From positions 1 through 64,000 of the forward strand of contig RHPI01003041.1 in assembly GCA_009103225.1 (NCBI GenBank): a stretch of DNA of 64,000 bases, given 5' to 3'. Made by a program: the position numbers and the translations under genes. This DNA comes from Chlorokybus atmophyticus (lineage: Eukaryota > Plantae > Mesostigma and Chlorokybus algae). Shown piece after piece: positions 26,108 through 39,268 of this stretch. Positions within the stretch are counted from its first letter, which is position 1; each line of letters opens with the position of its first letter. Below the pieces are notes generated by a model that saw only the letters and a list, made by a program, of their open reading frames with translations, ran no database searches and had not been told where the DNA came from.

Positions 26108-29100
26108 CTGCATGTTTCAAAGGCTATTGCAAGAATGTTTTTTGTGGGAGTTGCTGAGAGCTTAAAAAACCAAGATAGTGTTCCGGAAGGGTGGCTGCTC
26201 AGTCATCCGATGGGGTCGTGCACATGGTTGGAATCGCTGATCTAGGAGGGCTCTACCATGTGGAGCAGCCTTACAACGGAGACACTCAAGCCATGGTGGT
26301 GAAGGACAAAAGTCGCCAACATTGTGGCATCGAAGGTTTGGGCATATGAGCTACGTTAACCTTACTCACCTTGTCGCTGGATTTGTGCGCACAGCCGTGG
26401 CCTTGTTGGATACCCAGTCTGGCAACAAGATGAAGGCAATGAGGAGTGATCGAAGAGGGGAGTTCACCAACAAGGAGTTGGAGGAGTTCTTCGCCAGCAA
26501 AGGCATACGCCACGAGACGACGGCACCATACACACCGCAGCAGAATAGAGCAGCTGAACGCCTCAACAGGACACTCTTTGAACGTGTTCGAGCCATGCTT
26601 AAAGACACAAATGAAGACAGTATGTGAAAGGAGGCGGTACTTACTGCCAACTACATCCGCAACAGGTCTCCCGTGAGCTCACAGCAAAACACTCCGTGGG
26701 AGCACTCCTATGGAGCCACATAGGATGTGAATGGTATGCGTGTGTTTGGATGCACAGCGTATGCACTACTGCCTAAACAGCTCAGGCACAAGTTGGAATC
26801 GGTCAGCAAGAAGGGCATCTCCGTTAGCTGTAAACCGGGTTCCAAGGCTTACAGGTTCCCGCTTGAGGACACTCAAAAGATTGTCGTGAGCAGAGAATTG
26901 GTTTTCCACGAAGGATTATCACAATCAGAAGCAGGCTTTCACGAAAGATGAAGCACAGACAGAGGAGCTGCTCGAAACAGTGAAGGCTGCCGGCAAGGCC
27001 ATTAGGAGCCGCACCTGCATAAGGAGCACGCAGATCGGAAATACCCAACGAGGGATAAAAAGGCACTTGTCTTCCTATACAAGGCACACGTCACTTGTGT
27101 GCAGAATGAGGAGCCTAGCACCTATGAGCAGGCACTGTCAGCACCAGATGCAGAGCAATGGCAGCGTGCTATGGACGAGGAGATTGCGTCACTCTATGCC
27201 AACAACACTTGGTCACTGGAGCACCGCAAGGAGTGAAGACCACTTCAGTGAAATGGGTCTTCAAGTTGAAGCGTGATGGTCAGGGCAACATTGAGCGCTA
27301 CAAGGCAAGACTGGTGGCAAAGGGCTTTTTGCAGCAGGAAGGTGTGGACTTCAACGAAGTGTTTGCACCTGCAAGTAAGCATACCACCTTCTGTGCACTG
27401 CTAGCTATGATTGCTGCAGAGGACCTAGAGTTGCATCACCTCGACGTGAAGACTGCCTTCTTTTATGAAAAGATGAAGGAGGAGATCTTCATCGAGCAAC
27501 CACCACATAATAAAGAGGGGAAGAGAGGCACAGCGTGCAAGTTGATCAAGGCACCGTACGGGCTGGACAGCAACGCGTATGTGGCACATCAAGCTCACCT
27601 AGGAGGAGGAGGCACTTGGCTTCACCGCATCCTTTGCGGACCCTGGGCTCTTCTTCCATATACACAACAAGGTCTGGCTGCTCGTATATGTGGATGATAC
27701 TCTCATCACCGTTAGGCAGGTGCACCACCTGCAGGAGACAAAACTTGCTCTACAGCAAGCATTCTCAGTTCGTGATCTTGGAGAGGCCAAGTGGTTCCTT
27801 GGCATGGTGATTGAGCGCGACAGGGCTACACGCACAATTAAGATCAGTCAGGAGCAGATGGTGAGCAGACTCGTCACCAAGCTCGAGCTCACTGAAGCGA
27901 AGACCAAGACCACACCGTTGGCACTTGGCACTGCCCTCATCTAGGAAAAGATGAGGAGGTACTCGACAAGGCTCAGTATCCATATGGTGAGCTGGTAGGC
28001 AGCATGCTCTATCTGGCAGTGTGCACACGTCCCGATGTTGCACATGCTGTGGGAGTACTTGCTCGCTACATGTCTGCACCGAGCATGGAGCACTGGAGAG
28101 CAGCAAAGGGAGTACTACGCTATGTTGCTGGGAGCGCAACAGTTGGCATCAAGTTTGGGAGCGGGAGCACTGAGTTGGAGGGCTATTGCAACTCGGATTT
28201 TGCTGGTGACCTCAATAGCAGGAGGTCCACTACAGGCTACGTCTTCAAGCTGAACGGAGGCGTGGTGAGCTGGATCAGTAGGCTGCAGCCAACAACAGCA
28301 GCATTTACATCAGAGGCTGAGTACATGGCAGCGGCAGCAGCAGTGAAGGAGGCACTCTGGCTTCGCAAGCTCATGGCAGACTTGGACCACCCCATGGCGT
28401 GCATCGTCATCAACTGTGACAACCAAGGAGCCATCAAGTTGTTGCAGCACCCTATCGCCTCGGCAAGGACGAAGCACATTGATGTCATGCATCACTTTGT
28501 GCGTGACAGGGTCACAGAGAAGGAGGTGGAGTTCCAGTACTACAACACGGAAGGCATGCTTGCGGACTTCATAACAAAGCCATTGTCACCGCTTAAGTTC
28601 AAGCCTTGTTGCGCAGGACTTGGCATATGTGTTTAACTACAGGAGTAAGCGTTTGAGGTTAAGCTGCACGCATGGGAGTGTTGAGTGTATTCGTATATAC
28701 GATCAGCATCGACCCCTCCACACTGGAGCAAAACACTTCGTAAGGCGGAGCACGTGGACTTCGGACTTGGCAAGACATCACTCAGCCAGAGTTCGGACTT
28801 CAAACTTGGCGTCCAGAAGGTTATCTAAGGCTTGGTATACATTGGGATACGACGTATCCCAATGTATACTAAGCCTTGGAAAGCGCGTGAGAGCATGTTG
28901 AAAAGCTCAACTTGTGAGAAAGACAGCGTAACTTACAGCGCCGCGAAAGGCTGAGTATAGCTTACGTAATGCTTGCAAATGTAGACTCGTATATATGTGG
29001 CTGGTATAAGATCAAGCGGACAACTTGCAATAGCTGAATGTGATGTGACTTGTGTATGCTCTGGTGTGGTGGTAGCTCTATCCGTGTGTATCCATGCTTG

Positions 29101-29133
29101 TCTCATCTACATGTGCATGCTGGACCTTCAACA
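26108..29133 (+). mobile_element. Copia retrotransposon copy 1, 5'-truncated and decayed (integrase, RT, RNase H, 3' LTR)
   Basis: WHRRFGH, RSDRRGEF, ARLVAKGF, YVDD, YCNSDFAGD, RTKHIDVMHHF. PPT GCATGGGAG precedes the TG..CA LTR at 28679-29133. Confidence 0.95.
28679..29133 (+). repeat. 3' LTR of Copia copy 1
   Basis: TGTTGAG...TTCAACA immediately after the PPT; similar to the LTRs of copy 2. Confidence 0.85.
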
Positions 29134-30070
29134 TTTCAAGTCCGCTGATGTTCTCACATAATGTTCAGCATTCTCAAAAACCATCTCCTTGGTGTACGCC
29201 GCATGCAGCTGATCTTAAACTACTTCCCGTTGGTGAAGGTGTTTACATAGTTGGACACAGTGCGCTCATGCACAACATATCAGTACACATCATGACTCCC
29301 GTGCCAGATGATGTTCTCCAGGATGTGACCGGGACCGGCCACATGCTCGTTGGGCCTTTCTTTTTTCTGTCAAACAGGTCCTCCCAATAGACCATCCAAT
29401 ATTTCAAGAGAGCGTCAGCAAGTTCTAACAGCTCTGCAGTCCATCCATGTAGGCAAGAGTTGTGAAAGAAGATGCGGATGAGCAAGTGAAACGCAAAGCT
29501 AACATCTGTGGTTGCTATGTAAACCAGATTCACAGCGTATGCCACAACAGACTGCACGAACATCTGCAAGTCTTGGGCCTTGAACCAAGCCCGGTGCTTG
29601 ATGATGCCTCTTATAAAACGTTTGCTCTTCAAGTCCATGGGGCGTGATATGCGCATTTGGGACAGCCTGCGCTCCTTAGCAATGTTTAGGACATGCTTTA
29701 AATTGTCTGCATCAAGCATATTGTGCACAAAACTCTTGCAAAGCCCCTTCAGCAACAGGTGCATTGTGTCATAAAGCAAGTCGCGGCAAGGGTTAAACTC
29801 ATACAGATGCCACAACCGCTAGAGTGGAGATTTCCCAGTGATGCCGCACTCCATTGATTTTTCTTTTCGGTTTTTGGCCATGGAGCGAGTCCACCATGCA
29901 CGCGTTGTCGTAAGTGTCCTTTGCTGCTCTATGCTGGTGGATGTCGAAAGTAATAGCGATTGTCACCATAAAGACGGTCAGTACGTGTCCTCGTAGTACC
30001 TTCAACCTGCTCAGCACGCCGAGACGCTTGGTGCTGAGTGGCTTTGAAAAGACCACGCCGGCAGGGGACG

Positions 30071-33000
30071 TGTTAAAGGACTAGCATGCACATGTACATG
30101 CACATGTGCGCTGTCTTCCTTACAACAAGAGCTTTCCAACAAGCTCTTACACGCCTAATATGAGTAAGTATACGCGGAGATACAAAGCAGTTAGTAAGGC
30201 TCCAGTCTGGAGTCCGGAGTCTGGTCCGACCACGCCATCTTGCTAAGTCCGGACCTAGTGCTCGTCCTTACGACCTTCTACTCCTGTGTGGAGGGTCGAT
30301 GCTGATCGTATGTAGGAATGACTCTCAACACTCCCACGCGAGCAGCTTGACCTTCATTGCTTGCTCCTGTAGTCAAATACAGATGTCAAGTCCTGCGCAA
30401 CAAGTCTTGAACTTGAGCGGTGACGATGGCTTTGTCATGTCATGTCAAGTCCGCCAGCATGCGCTCGGTGTTGCAGTATTGGAACTCCACCTCCTTCTCT
30501 GTGACCCTGTCACACACAAAGTGATGCATGACATCAATGTGCTTCGTCCTTGCCGAGGCGATAGGGTGCTGCAACAACTTGATGGCTCCTTGGTTGTCAC
30601 AGTTGATGACGATGCACGCCATGGGGTGGTCCAAGTCTGCCATGAGCTTGCGAAGCCAGAGTGCCTCCTTCACTGCTGCTGCCGCTGCCATGTACTCAGC
30701 CTCTGATGTAAATGCTGCTGTTGTTGGCTGCAGCCTACTGATCCAGCTCACCACGCCTCCGTTCAGCTTGAAGACGTAGCCTGTAGTGGACCTCCTGCTA
30801 TTGAGGTCACCAGCAAAATCCGAGTTGCAATAGCCCTCCAACTCAGTGCTCCCGCTCCCAAACTTGATGCCAACTGTTGCGCTCCCAGCAACATAGCGTA
30901 GTACTCCCTTTGCTGCTCTCCAGTGCTCGGTGCAGACATGTAGCGAGCAAGCACTCCCACAGCATGTGCAACATCAGGACGTGTGCACTCTGCCAGATAG
31001 AGCATGCTGCCTACTAGCTCACCATATGGATACCGAGCCTTGTGAAGTACCTCCTCATCTTTTCCTAGATGAGGGCAGTGCCAAGTGCCAACGGTGTGGT
31101 CTTGGTCTTCGCTTCAGTGAGCTCGAGCTTGGTGACGAGTCTGCTCACCATCTGCTCCTGACTGATCTTAATTGTGGTGTAGCCCTGTCGCGCTCAATCA
31201 CCATGCCAAGGAACCACTTGGCCTCTCCAAGATCACGAACTGAGAATGCTTGCTGTAGAGCAAGTTTTGTCTCCTGCAGGTGGTGCACCTGCCTAACGGT
31301 GATGAGAGTATCATCCACATATACGAGCAGCCAGACCTTGTTGTGTATATGGAAGAAGAGCCCAGGGTCCGCAAAGGATGCGGTGAAGCCAAGTGCCTCC
31401 TCCTCCTAGGTGAGCTTGATGTGCCACATACGCGGTGCTGTCCAGCCCGTACGGTGCCTTGATCAACTTGCACGCTGTGCCTCTCTTCCCCTCTTTATTA
31501 TGTGGTGGTTGCTCGATGAAGATCTCCTCCTTCATCTTTTCATAAAAGAAGGCAGTCTTCACGTCGAGGTGATGCAACTCTAGGTCCTCAGCAGCAACCA
31601 CAGCTAGCAGTGCACGGAAGGTGGTATGCTTACTTGCAGATGCAAACACTTCGTTGAAGTCCACACCTTCCTGCTGCAAGAAGCCCTTTGCCACAATGCG
31701 CATAGGGCCACAGACATCCATGTGCACAAGCTTGCAAGGATGCTGACTGCTAGGAGAGGATGATGGGAATGGCATAGCATGCTGCTTTGCAACCAGGCAT
31801 GGTTCACAAAGTGCACCTGATGCATTTTTGAGTTCTTCTGTGCTGAGATGGATGCCCTTGACCATCTTCTCAGCGGCAAGGCAAGTGAGGTTGACGTAGC
31901 TTAGATGCCCAAACCTTCAATGCCACAATGTTGGCAACTCCTGTTGTCCTTCACCACCATGGCTTGAATGTCAATGTCCTGAGGGTGCTGCTCCACATGG
32001 TAGAGCCCTCCCGGATCAGCGATTCCAACCATGTGCACGACCCCATACAGGATGACTGTGCAGCCACCCTTCCGGAACACTATTTCTGCTCCCAAGCGCT
32101 TAGCAACTCTTACAAGGAACAGACTCGCAACAGCCTTTGGCACATGCAAAACTTTGCGTAACAACACCTCGCGTAGTGTGTTACCAACCTTGCACTGGAG
32201 TCGTACATTGCCAACTCCCTCAGCCACCAGTACTTCGCCACCGAAGCCTGCTACCTTCGTTGTAGACGTCAGCTTCTTGTAGCTCTCCATTACCTCTTTG
32301 TTTGGTGTGAGATGACGATCGCAGCCAGAGTCCACCACTCAGAAAGCTGTGCCCGCCCTCGAACTGGATGCAGTGAAGGCAACATGTTTCTCCTTGTGTT
32401 GGTGCTCGTTGCCGCTGTTGCTGGTGCTTGCTCTAGGGTTGGGGTTAGGGTTAGGTTGCCCCTGTTGTTTCTTCCTACAGTCCTTCACAATGTGCCCCTT
32501 CCAGCCACACCAGTGGCATGTGAGGTCTTTGTGACGAGGATTGCCCGGCTTGTTGCCCTTGTTCTTCTCTTCATGGTTGCTCTTGTTGCCGTACTTGTTG
32601 GTGTAGAAGGCCACGGCATCAGCTTGCTTGTCCTTCTTCATCACCCTCTGCTCCATGGTGAGCAGCTTCGGTAGTACATCGTCCAGCGTTAGCTCTAATG
32701 ACGATGTCTCCAGCAGTGTTGCGAGGACCTCGTACTCTGCTGGTAGCCCTGCAACAACAGCCAGCACAACCTCCGTCTCCCCCATGTCGTGGCCGACGTT
32801 GATAAAGTCCGCCCACAGCTCTCTTGCGCGCGCAACATACTTTGCGATGAGTTCTGCTGCCTCCTTCCTGAGTGCGCTCAGCTGCTTGCGTAGCTGCAAC
32901 TTTCTGGCATTGTTCTTGGCTTTGTAATCAGCTGATAGCTTTTCTCAAGCTTGTCTACCATCTTCACATGCAATGAGCATGGGAAAGTGATGCGGTTTGC

Positions 33001-33755
33001 TGTTCAACACAAGCAAAGAGTGTGCTTCTGCTGAATGCTCTGACCACACAGTGTTCGCTCCCGGTGTTGGTGGTGGTGCCTTCGGATCAACATACTTCCA
33101 CACCTTCTTATGGATGAGCAAGGCCTTCATCTCCACGCACCATGTGTTGTGGTTGTCGGTGTCCAGCTTTGCAATCTGCCCCTTGTCGTAGGTCGCCTCC
33201 ATCTTTGTCGTGCCTGCCATTTCTTGCAGTTAACACCCAAGGCTTTGCTACCAACAAGCTACCGTAGTGTAGAACTACTGTGCACACAAGCTAGTCTCAC
33301 ACTCCTCAAGCGTAGTGTGGGCCCATAACCTGTTAAAGGACTAGCATGCACATGTAGTTGAGGCAAGCATAGACACACAGAGACAGAGCTACCGCCACCA
33401 GAGCATACACAAGTCACATCACATTCATCTATTACAAGTTGTCCGCTGGTTCTTATACCAGCCAGTTACACACACGTCTACGTTTGCAAGCACTGCGTAA
33501 GTTATACTCAGCCCTTTGACGCGCTCTAAGCTGCATTGTCTTTCTTACAACCAGAGCTTTCTAACAAGCTCTTACACGCCTAATATGAGTAAGTATATGC
33601 GGAGATACAAAGCAGTTAGTAAGGCTCCAGTCTGGAGTCCGGAGTCTGGTCCGACGACGCCATCTTGCTAAGTCCGGACCTAGTGCTCGTCCTTACGACC
33701 TTCTACTCCTGTGTGGAGGGTCGGTGCTGATCGTATGTAGGAATGACTCTCAAAA
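30071..33755 (-). mobile_element. Copia retrotransposon copy 2, two LTRs, internally deleted
   Basis: 5' LTR 33331-33755; 3' LTR 30071-30330 with an internal deletion. TSD ggacg/tgacg (4 of 5 match). PBS GGTTATGGGCCCAC. Gag with CHWCGWKGHIVKDC, protease VDSGC, then integrase CGPMRIVAKG fused directly to RT FLQQEG. Confidence 0.95.
33317..33330 (-). promoter_or_regulatory. Half-tRNA(iMet) type primer binding site of Copia copy 2
   Basis: GGTTATGGGCCCAC directly after the 5' LTR CA; matches the copia/Hemivirus-type PBS. Confidence 0.8.
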
Positions 33756-36700
33756 TGACGAGGCCTCCATTCTCAAACTGGCCTATCTCACATTGCGCTG
33801 GCTGGTCGCCCGTCCATGCCCACAGCACTACCGACAGCATCATCTCTTGACCTGCAATGAAGGCAACATCAGTATCTCACAACACCAGTCTGCTAGGGCA
33901 GTGCAGCCTCTGACAGTCTCATAGACCGCTAGAAGGCAGACATGCTACTTTTTAGTCGTAGCCACTAAACAATGCCTATGTAAACAAGGTCAAAGCAATG
34001 GAAAGCATAACTTGTAGACACCGAACAGTGCCTACGAGACTTTAGCACACAAGAATGGCCGGCATAATTCGTAAACTTTTTATAGTGCCTGTGAGACTTT
34101 GAGTAATATGGGTGATATGATATGATATGCGCAAGTCATCACCTAGATGTCAATCAAGTTATCACCTGAGCATCGGTGAAGCACGCAGCTGTTAACATGA
34201 TTGGAGTTGAGGCCATAAGAAACAGTGAAGCCGTTCAAGTAGAGGTTCTGCAGGTCACGCACTAGTGGTCTTAGATAAGGCTCCTGACTGTCCACGCCGT
34301 TTGGGAGTTGATCAGTGGGGATAAAAGGCATGACGAAAAACTCTTGTGAGGAAATGCGCTTCCCGCCATTGAGCTCACAGTCACTGACAACGGTGCAGCT
34401 GTGCTTTACAGTGGTTGTTAAACTGAAGCTGTCGGCGTGGATCAGCAATGCTATATTGCGAGGGTTGCCAAGAGCTTGCTGTACCATCTGATGGTTGGTT
34501 TATTGGCACCCTAAGCATTTAACTGTCACGTGATCCTGTGTTATGATGCTCCAAGACGACATCCGGGATGTGGTGGCATGCACTTGACACATGCAGCTTA
34601 ATTTTGTGGCGAGGGTCTAAAAATCTGCAGAGATGCCGCTCCATCGCACCATGCCATTACTCGGTGTTCGCAGCGGGTACTTGCTACATAAGGACGTGCA
34701 TCCATTCATCTTTGTGGCGCCATTCCTCTAGATAGTCGTGCGCAATTGAAGGGACATCTTACTTGGCACTGAGCCAGGCACCTTTACGATTGTACAAGAA
34801 GTTGCAACGTTCTTTGCAAGCTCTGCGGCATCCCCCTCCGCACGTGTGTAGTAAAGGAAATAAATCACTTATAGCTTGGTCTCGCCCGAGTCCCAGTACT
34901 TGTCATCTTCATTGAGTGTGGGGTAAGGTGCATCAAACAAGTATTTACATGTGGGACAGTCAGTCAGGCACTGTAGAATAGGCATGCCGAGCCCGGCCAA
35001 CGGTTTATCCGCGGCGACAATGTCTGTCGGCAGCTCGTCCGCAACAGGGCTGTGCGACATTATGTCGCCAATGAGACTGGCGATATCATTCCGTAACTTC
35101 TCTTATTAAAAAGGAACCTCCAAGGCCAGCTTGACAACATGCTCTGGCCAAAAGGTGAGCTTCATGATCTCGTTTACGAGAGCAACCTGGACACTAGAAT
35201 TTCAGGGCTGTCTCAATTTCTAGTCACATGTCTAGCCACTTTTTCGTAGTAGACTCTGATGGTGGTTGGCTGGGCTCGAGAGGTTGACTAAGGGGGAATA
35301 GGTGGTGCCCACCTGCTTGCGGCAACTGCCACATCAAGTGCATGGTGCGCCCTTGCAACTGCGTCGTCCACCATCTATGATGACAGAACTTGGTCAGCCA
35401 GCAAGCAATGAACACCAATCCATGTCACGCTATTAAAAAAGACAAGCAAGACACACACGTGCATGGCTGTGTCAAAGACCGGACTGAACAGTGTTTATGA
35501 GAAAACATTTTTAATGTTTATATTAGGTCACAGCAATGGACGACATAGTCGTAAACAATGGACAGCCCCCTGAGACTGTAGCTCACACCAATGGATTGCG
35601 TAAGTCGTAGACTCCGGACAGTGTCATGAGACTTCAAGTCACAGCAATGGATTGCGTAAGTCACAGATTGCACTGCTTACCATGCCGCGACATCCACCAG
35701 CAGTGCAGTTGCAAATAATTTGACATTGCTACTGCTGCTGCTGGCTCTCCACATGATCAGATGGCTCATCGAGTGAGCTACCTGCAGCTTCAGCAGGTGA
35801 CAGAGGGGAATGTGAAATAGATGGCTGGCCAGTGGTTGCAGGGGGGTGAGCAGCATGCTGAGTTACTGAAGCTGGCCTGCAGGGACTCGTGTTAAGGCCG
35901 GCACATATGCTTGTATGTATGCACGCCCCTCCATATGACCAGGCCAGCCTGAGGCTAGCAAATCAGACTGAGTGTGCAGAAAATGCAAGTGATTATGATA
36001 CATGCAACATGCATGACACATGCCTTGTTCACCAAGCTCATCAAGCAATGATTATTTACCACCGGGGTCTACCTATACTAGCCACACGTAACTATTGTAA
36101 CTACTGCCTTCAACCCCCATCAGACATACATGCATGCATTTGCTCATTACCTGTACACAAGGCGTCAAAACACGTTGCTAGCGGCACAGCTTCAGGCGAG
36201 GCAGCAGCAGACAGCAGACGGACTCCCCCTCCTCTCTCTTCCTCTCTCTCCACCACCCTCCTCTTTCCTCCGCTCCCTCCTCTCCATGTGCCTTTCCTGC
36301 AACGGCTTGCAAGGGTTGTAGTGTGAACGTCAGCAGAGAACCGCTGCGTGCTCTGCTCAGGCGACCTGCCCACCTGTAGTGTGCGTGTGCATTCGTATGT
36401 GTATGTGCATGCGTACATGATGGTACACAGACAGCGCGACACGCATGATATGACACACAAGCGCACACCCTCAATCCTTGCACCTATTTGTTATACTACT
36501 TCAACAGCTGATTGCGTGACAGCGATTTGAGCACTTCAATTCTGGACGTGGATCAAGGGTGCATGAGAATGTATGACAAGTATTACAATTCGCTAATAAG
36601 CATTGACTAATCTATGCTCCCGCGCCCAGCTTTGATGCGTATGTACAAGCAATGCGAAGCGGAAATGCACATGCATAGTGGCATGCACAGTCAGCAGCGT

Positions 36701-37245
36701 GCAGAGTGACATAGCGCATACCAACAACACCATTCTCATTGTTGCCCGGTTTGTAAGCAAACCGAGAGCATCTGCTATGCGCATTTTCGAAGGTTGGTGC
36801 AGGCCCACACCCAGGTCTCTGCTCACTAATGCTTGTTTGATTATTGCTAGCTAACAGTGGCTGCACTTTGCAAAAGGTGATAACTGTTGCCGAACACTCG
36901 GCTGTCACTCCTTTGCACATCATGTGCGAAGGGTGCGTATCCAAAAGCACATGCATGCTTGCATGCACATGCCCGTGTGCGCGCTTGCACGTTCACACAC
37001 GCATCCTCCCCCTCCCCCTTCCCTTGCCCCTCTGCTCACCTGCTGTTCAGCATTTGCCCCTCGTTGTAGCGCCCCCCAGTCCCGCGGAGCAGCAGCGTCA
37101 GGCTTCCTCCACCAACCCCCATCACATTACTTCCAGCCATCGTGATGCATAAGCTTCTGCGCGTGCACGCGTGCGTGGCTGCATGGGTGCGTGTGCATGC
37201 GTGTTACCCGAGCCATTGACTTGGGTGGTGTAGAGTCGTGCTGAC

Positions 37246-37746
37246 ATGGCTAGGGTGGCACCAGCTTTATTCCTTCTTGCTGCAATCACGACTGCATCTG
37301 CTGGAGTCTGCCATCCTTCAGTGACGCTGGGGGGCCTTGTATACAAAGTCAGTAACATCCCGAGAGCACACATGAGCCACGCAATCAGTCATGGAACACA
37401 CACGCAAGCGTGTACCTCTTGCATGGCCGCCTGTTCAGAAGGAAAGTTGTCATCAACGGGTCCAACCGTCTGCACCGATTGCTGTCCAGCCTGTGACCTG
37501 AAATGCACAATTAGCACCATTATGTACGCATGCACTGCTACAAATGAGAGCACGTGCAAACACAAAGCTTACTCTACAATTCGCAATTGCTTCTTATGTC
37601 TACATGTGGAAGACTTTGCTGGTTGCAATTATAGAGTCATGCAGTTGAAAGCATACGTTGCTTGGCATTTAAGCTCTGCGGGGTTGCCTCCAACTCACCG
37701 CAAGTTGCAAGGCCAGTTGAATCTGGAACTGCAACATGACACATAA
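37246..37746 (+). CDS. Putative small secreted Cys-rich protein (TNFR/furin-like Cys spacing); exon structure unresolved
   Basis: Signal-like MARVAPALFLLAAITTASA, then CTSCMAAC..CTDCCPACDLKC..ACTATNESTC. A Thr-rich ORF at 38084-38287 may be a later exon. Confidence 0.45.
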   Translation: MARVAPALFLLAAITTASAGVCHPSVTLGGLVYKVSNIPRAHMSHAISHGTHTQACTSCMAACSEGKLSSTGPTVCTDCCPACDLKCTISTIMYACTATNESTCKHKAYSTIRNCFLCLHVEDFAGCNYRVMQLKAYVAWHLSSAGLPPTHRKLQGQLNLELQHDT

Positions 37747-39268
37747 GTATGTACATGTCGTTGGCTAATATCAGTTGTCATGTGCCTGCCAAACTGCTCA
37801 GGTAGTGGATAGGTAGCGGATCAGCAAGTGCACAACCAAAGCCATGAAGCAAGCATGTACCTGCTTGAATGCAATGAACTTCGTTTGCAACTGGTCCAGC
37901 AAAGTTGCCCTGCACGGTTGTGGGTTGACATCGCCTCCAAGAATAGATGAGTCACCTGAACAACAACGAGATTGATTGTGCATGTGCGTACACAAGCAAC
38001 GCTGGTTGCTCAACCCACATCATTCTGTGCAAGCATGCAAACTGCTCTGACACAGGACAAAGCGGCTGTAGCTACTGCTGCGGTTGATGCCATGGCTGCT
38101 CAGGCTGTTGTTGATTTGCAGTCGTGAAGTTATAGCAGCAGCAGCAGCAGTAACATCAAGTAACATCACAACCATCTCAACTACCACCATTGTAACAACA
38201 ATGACACAAACGACAACATTGCCAAACTGTGGTCTGCAACAACGGCAGCAGCACCGGCAATGTGAGGCGCTGCACAGTAGCGGTTAGAGCTTAAGCGTAG
38301 CTGCTCTTACCAATGCCACCGACAAAAGTAGCTTACAGCAAGCCATGCAATGCAATGAAGCTTCGACACCAGCGTATGTAATAGGCCTACCCTCAGCACC
38401 GCCGCCTCTAGCTCCAGAACTCTGCGCTTCGAAGCTTGCCGTTTGCAACGCAATGCCGCAAGCAGTGCCTCAGTGCGACCCATAGCGACTAGGGTTTCAG
38501 CATAGGATAAGCACAGTTTCGTACTTACCGCTCTGCTGCTGACGTGTGCAGGACCGCGACCAAATGCCAGATGGTCGTTGCATAGCATTCAACAGAAGGA
38601 CGCGCGATAGTTGCCATGTCAGGTCGCAAGACAACGTTGGTGTACGAACCAGACCTGGTCATAGCGACTGTCACTTGTTGTACCAGTGCTGCCCTGGCTT
38701 ATAGGCCGCAGGGTATGCTACCAGCTTTGGTCCTATTGCTCAAGCCGCGTGCTGACCAGTGCTGCACTGGGTCGCAGGCCGCGGGGCCCGTGACCAGCCC
38801 TGGTCCGGTCTATGGGACCATACCGTTCGGCTGCGCGGCAGGACCACCGGTGGTCCGGTCACGCCGGACCAGTCACGGCACTGGTCCGCCACAGCGTACC
38901 AGACGCGGTCTGCGGACCGCGTACGACTGGTCTGCGCGTAAAAAGCCATGTGCATGCACAGGGACTGGCATTGCCAGCACTGTTCAATGGTACGAACTGC
39001 CACTGTACAAATGTACCATTTTAGTGGTATCTTCTGGCAAAGGCATCTTCGTACCATTAAAATGGTTCAATCAGAATATTTATGCAGAGACTCACCCTGG
39101 ACGTGCAATGGCTCAATCGTACCATGGTAACGGTGCGACGGAGCCAGTAAATGGCGGCCAAGTTTCCTGCCTCTGGCATGCAAGGGAAGCATTGGCGGCG
39201 GCGGTGCGTGTTGCTGGATATGATGCAGGTTACATTGGCGACACCCGTATCGACGTCAGTAGTGAGAT

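Larger units (their letters stand above)
25600..35200 (-). mobile_element. CACTA/EnSpm-type (Transposase_21-like) transposase pseudogene, split into three pieces (about 35200-33756, 30070-29134, 26100-25600) by two Copia insertions
   Basis: NPRNIALLIHADSFS...EPYLRPLVRDLQNLYLNG, the N-terminal CPTC..Y, the D-x-MH motif (LLYDTMHLLLKG) and a C-terminal KKLRTMDYAVF...GRVQSFYVV..LLRVRWY all resemble CACTA transposase blocks. TIRs not identified. Confidence 0.7.

Noticed and set aside
32433-32456. Telomere-like TAGGGTT repeats inside Copia copy 2
   Set aside because: They are in-frame gag codons for PNPNPNP on the minus strand, not a telomere relic.
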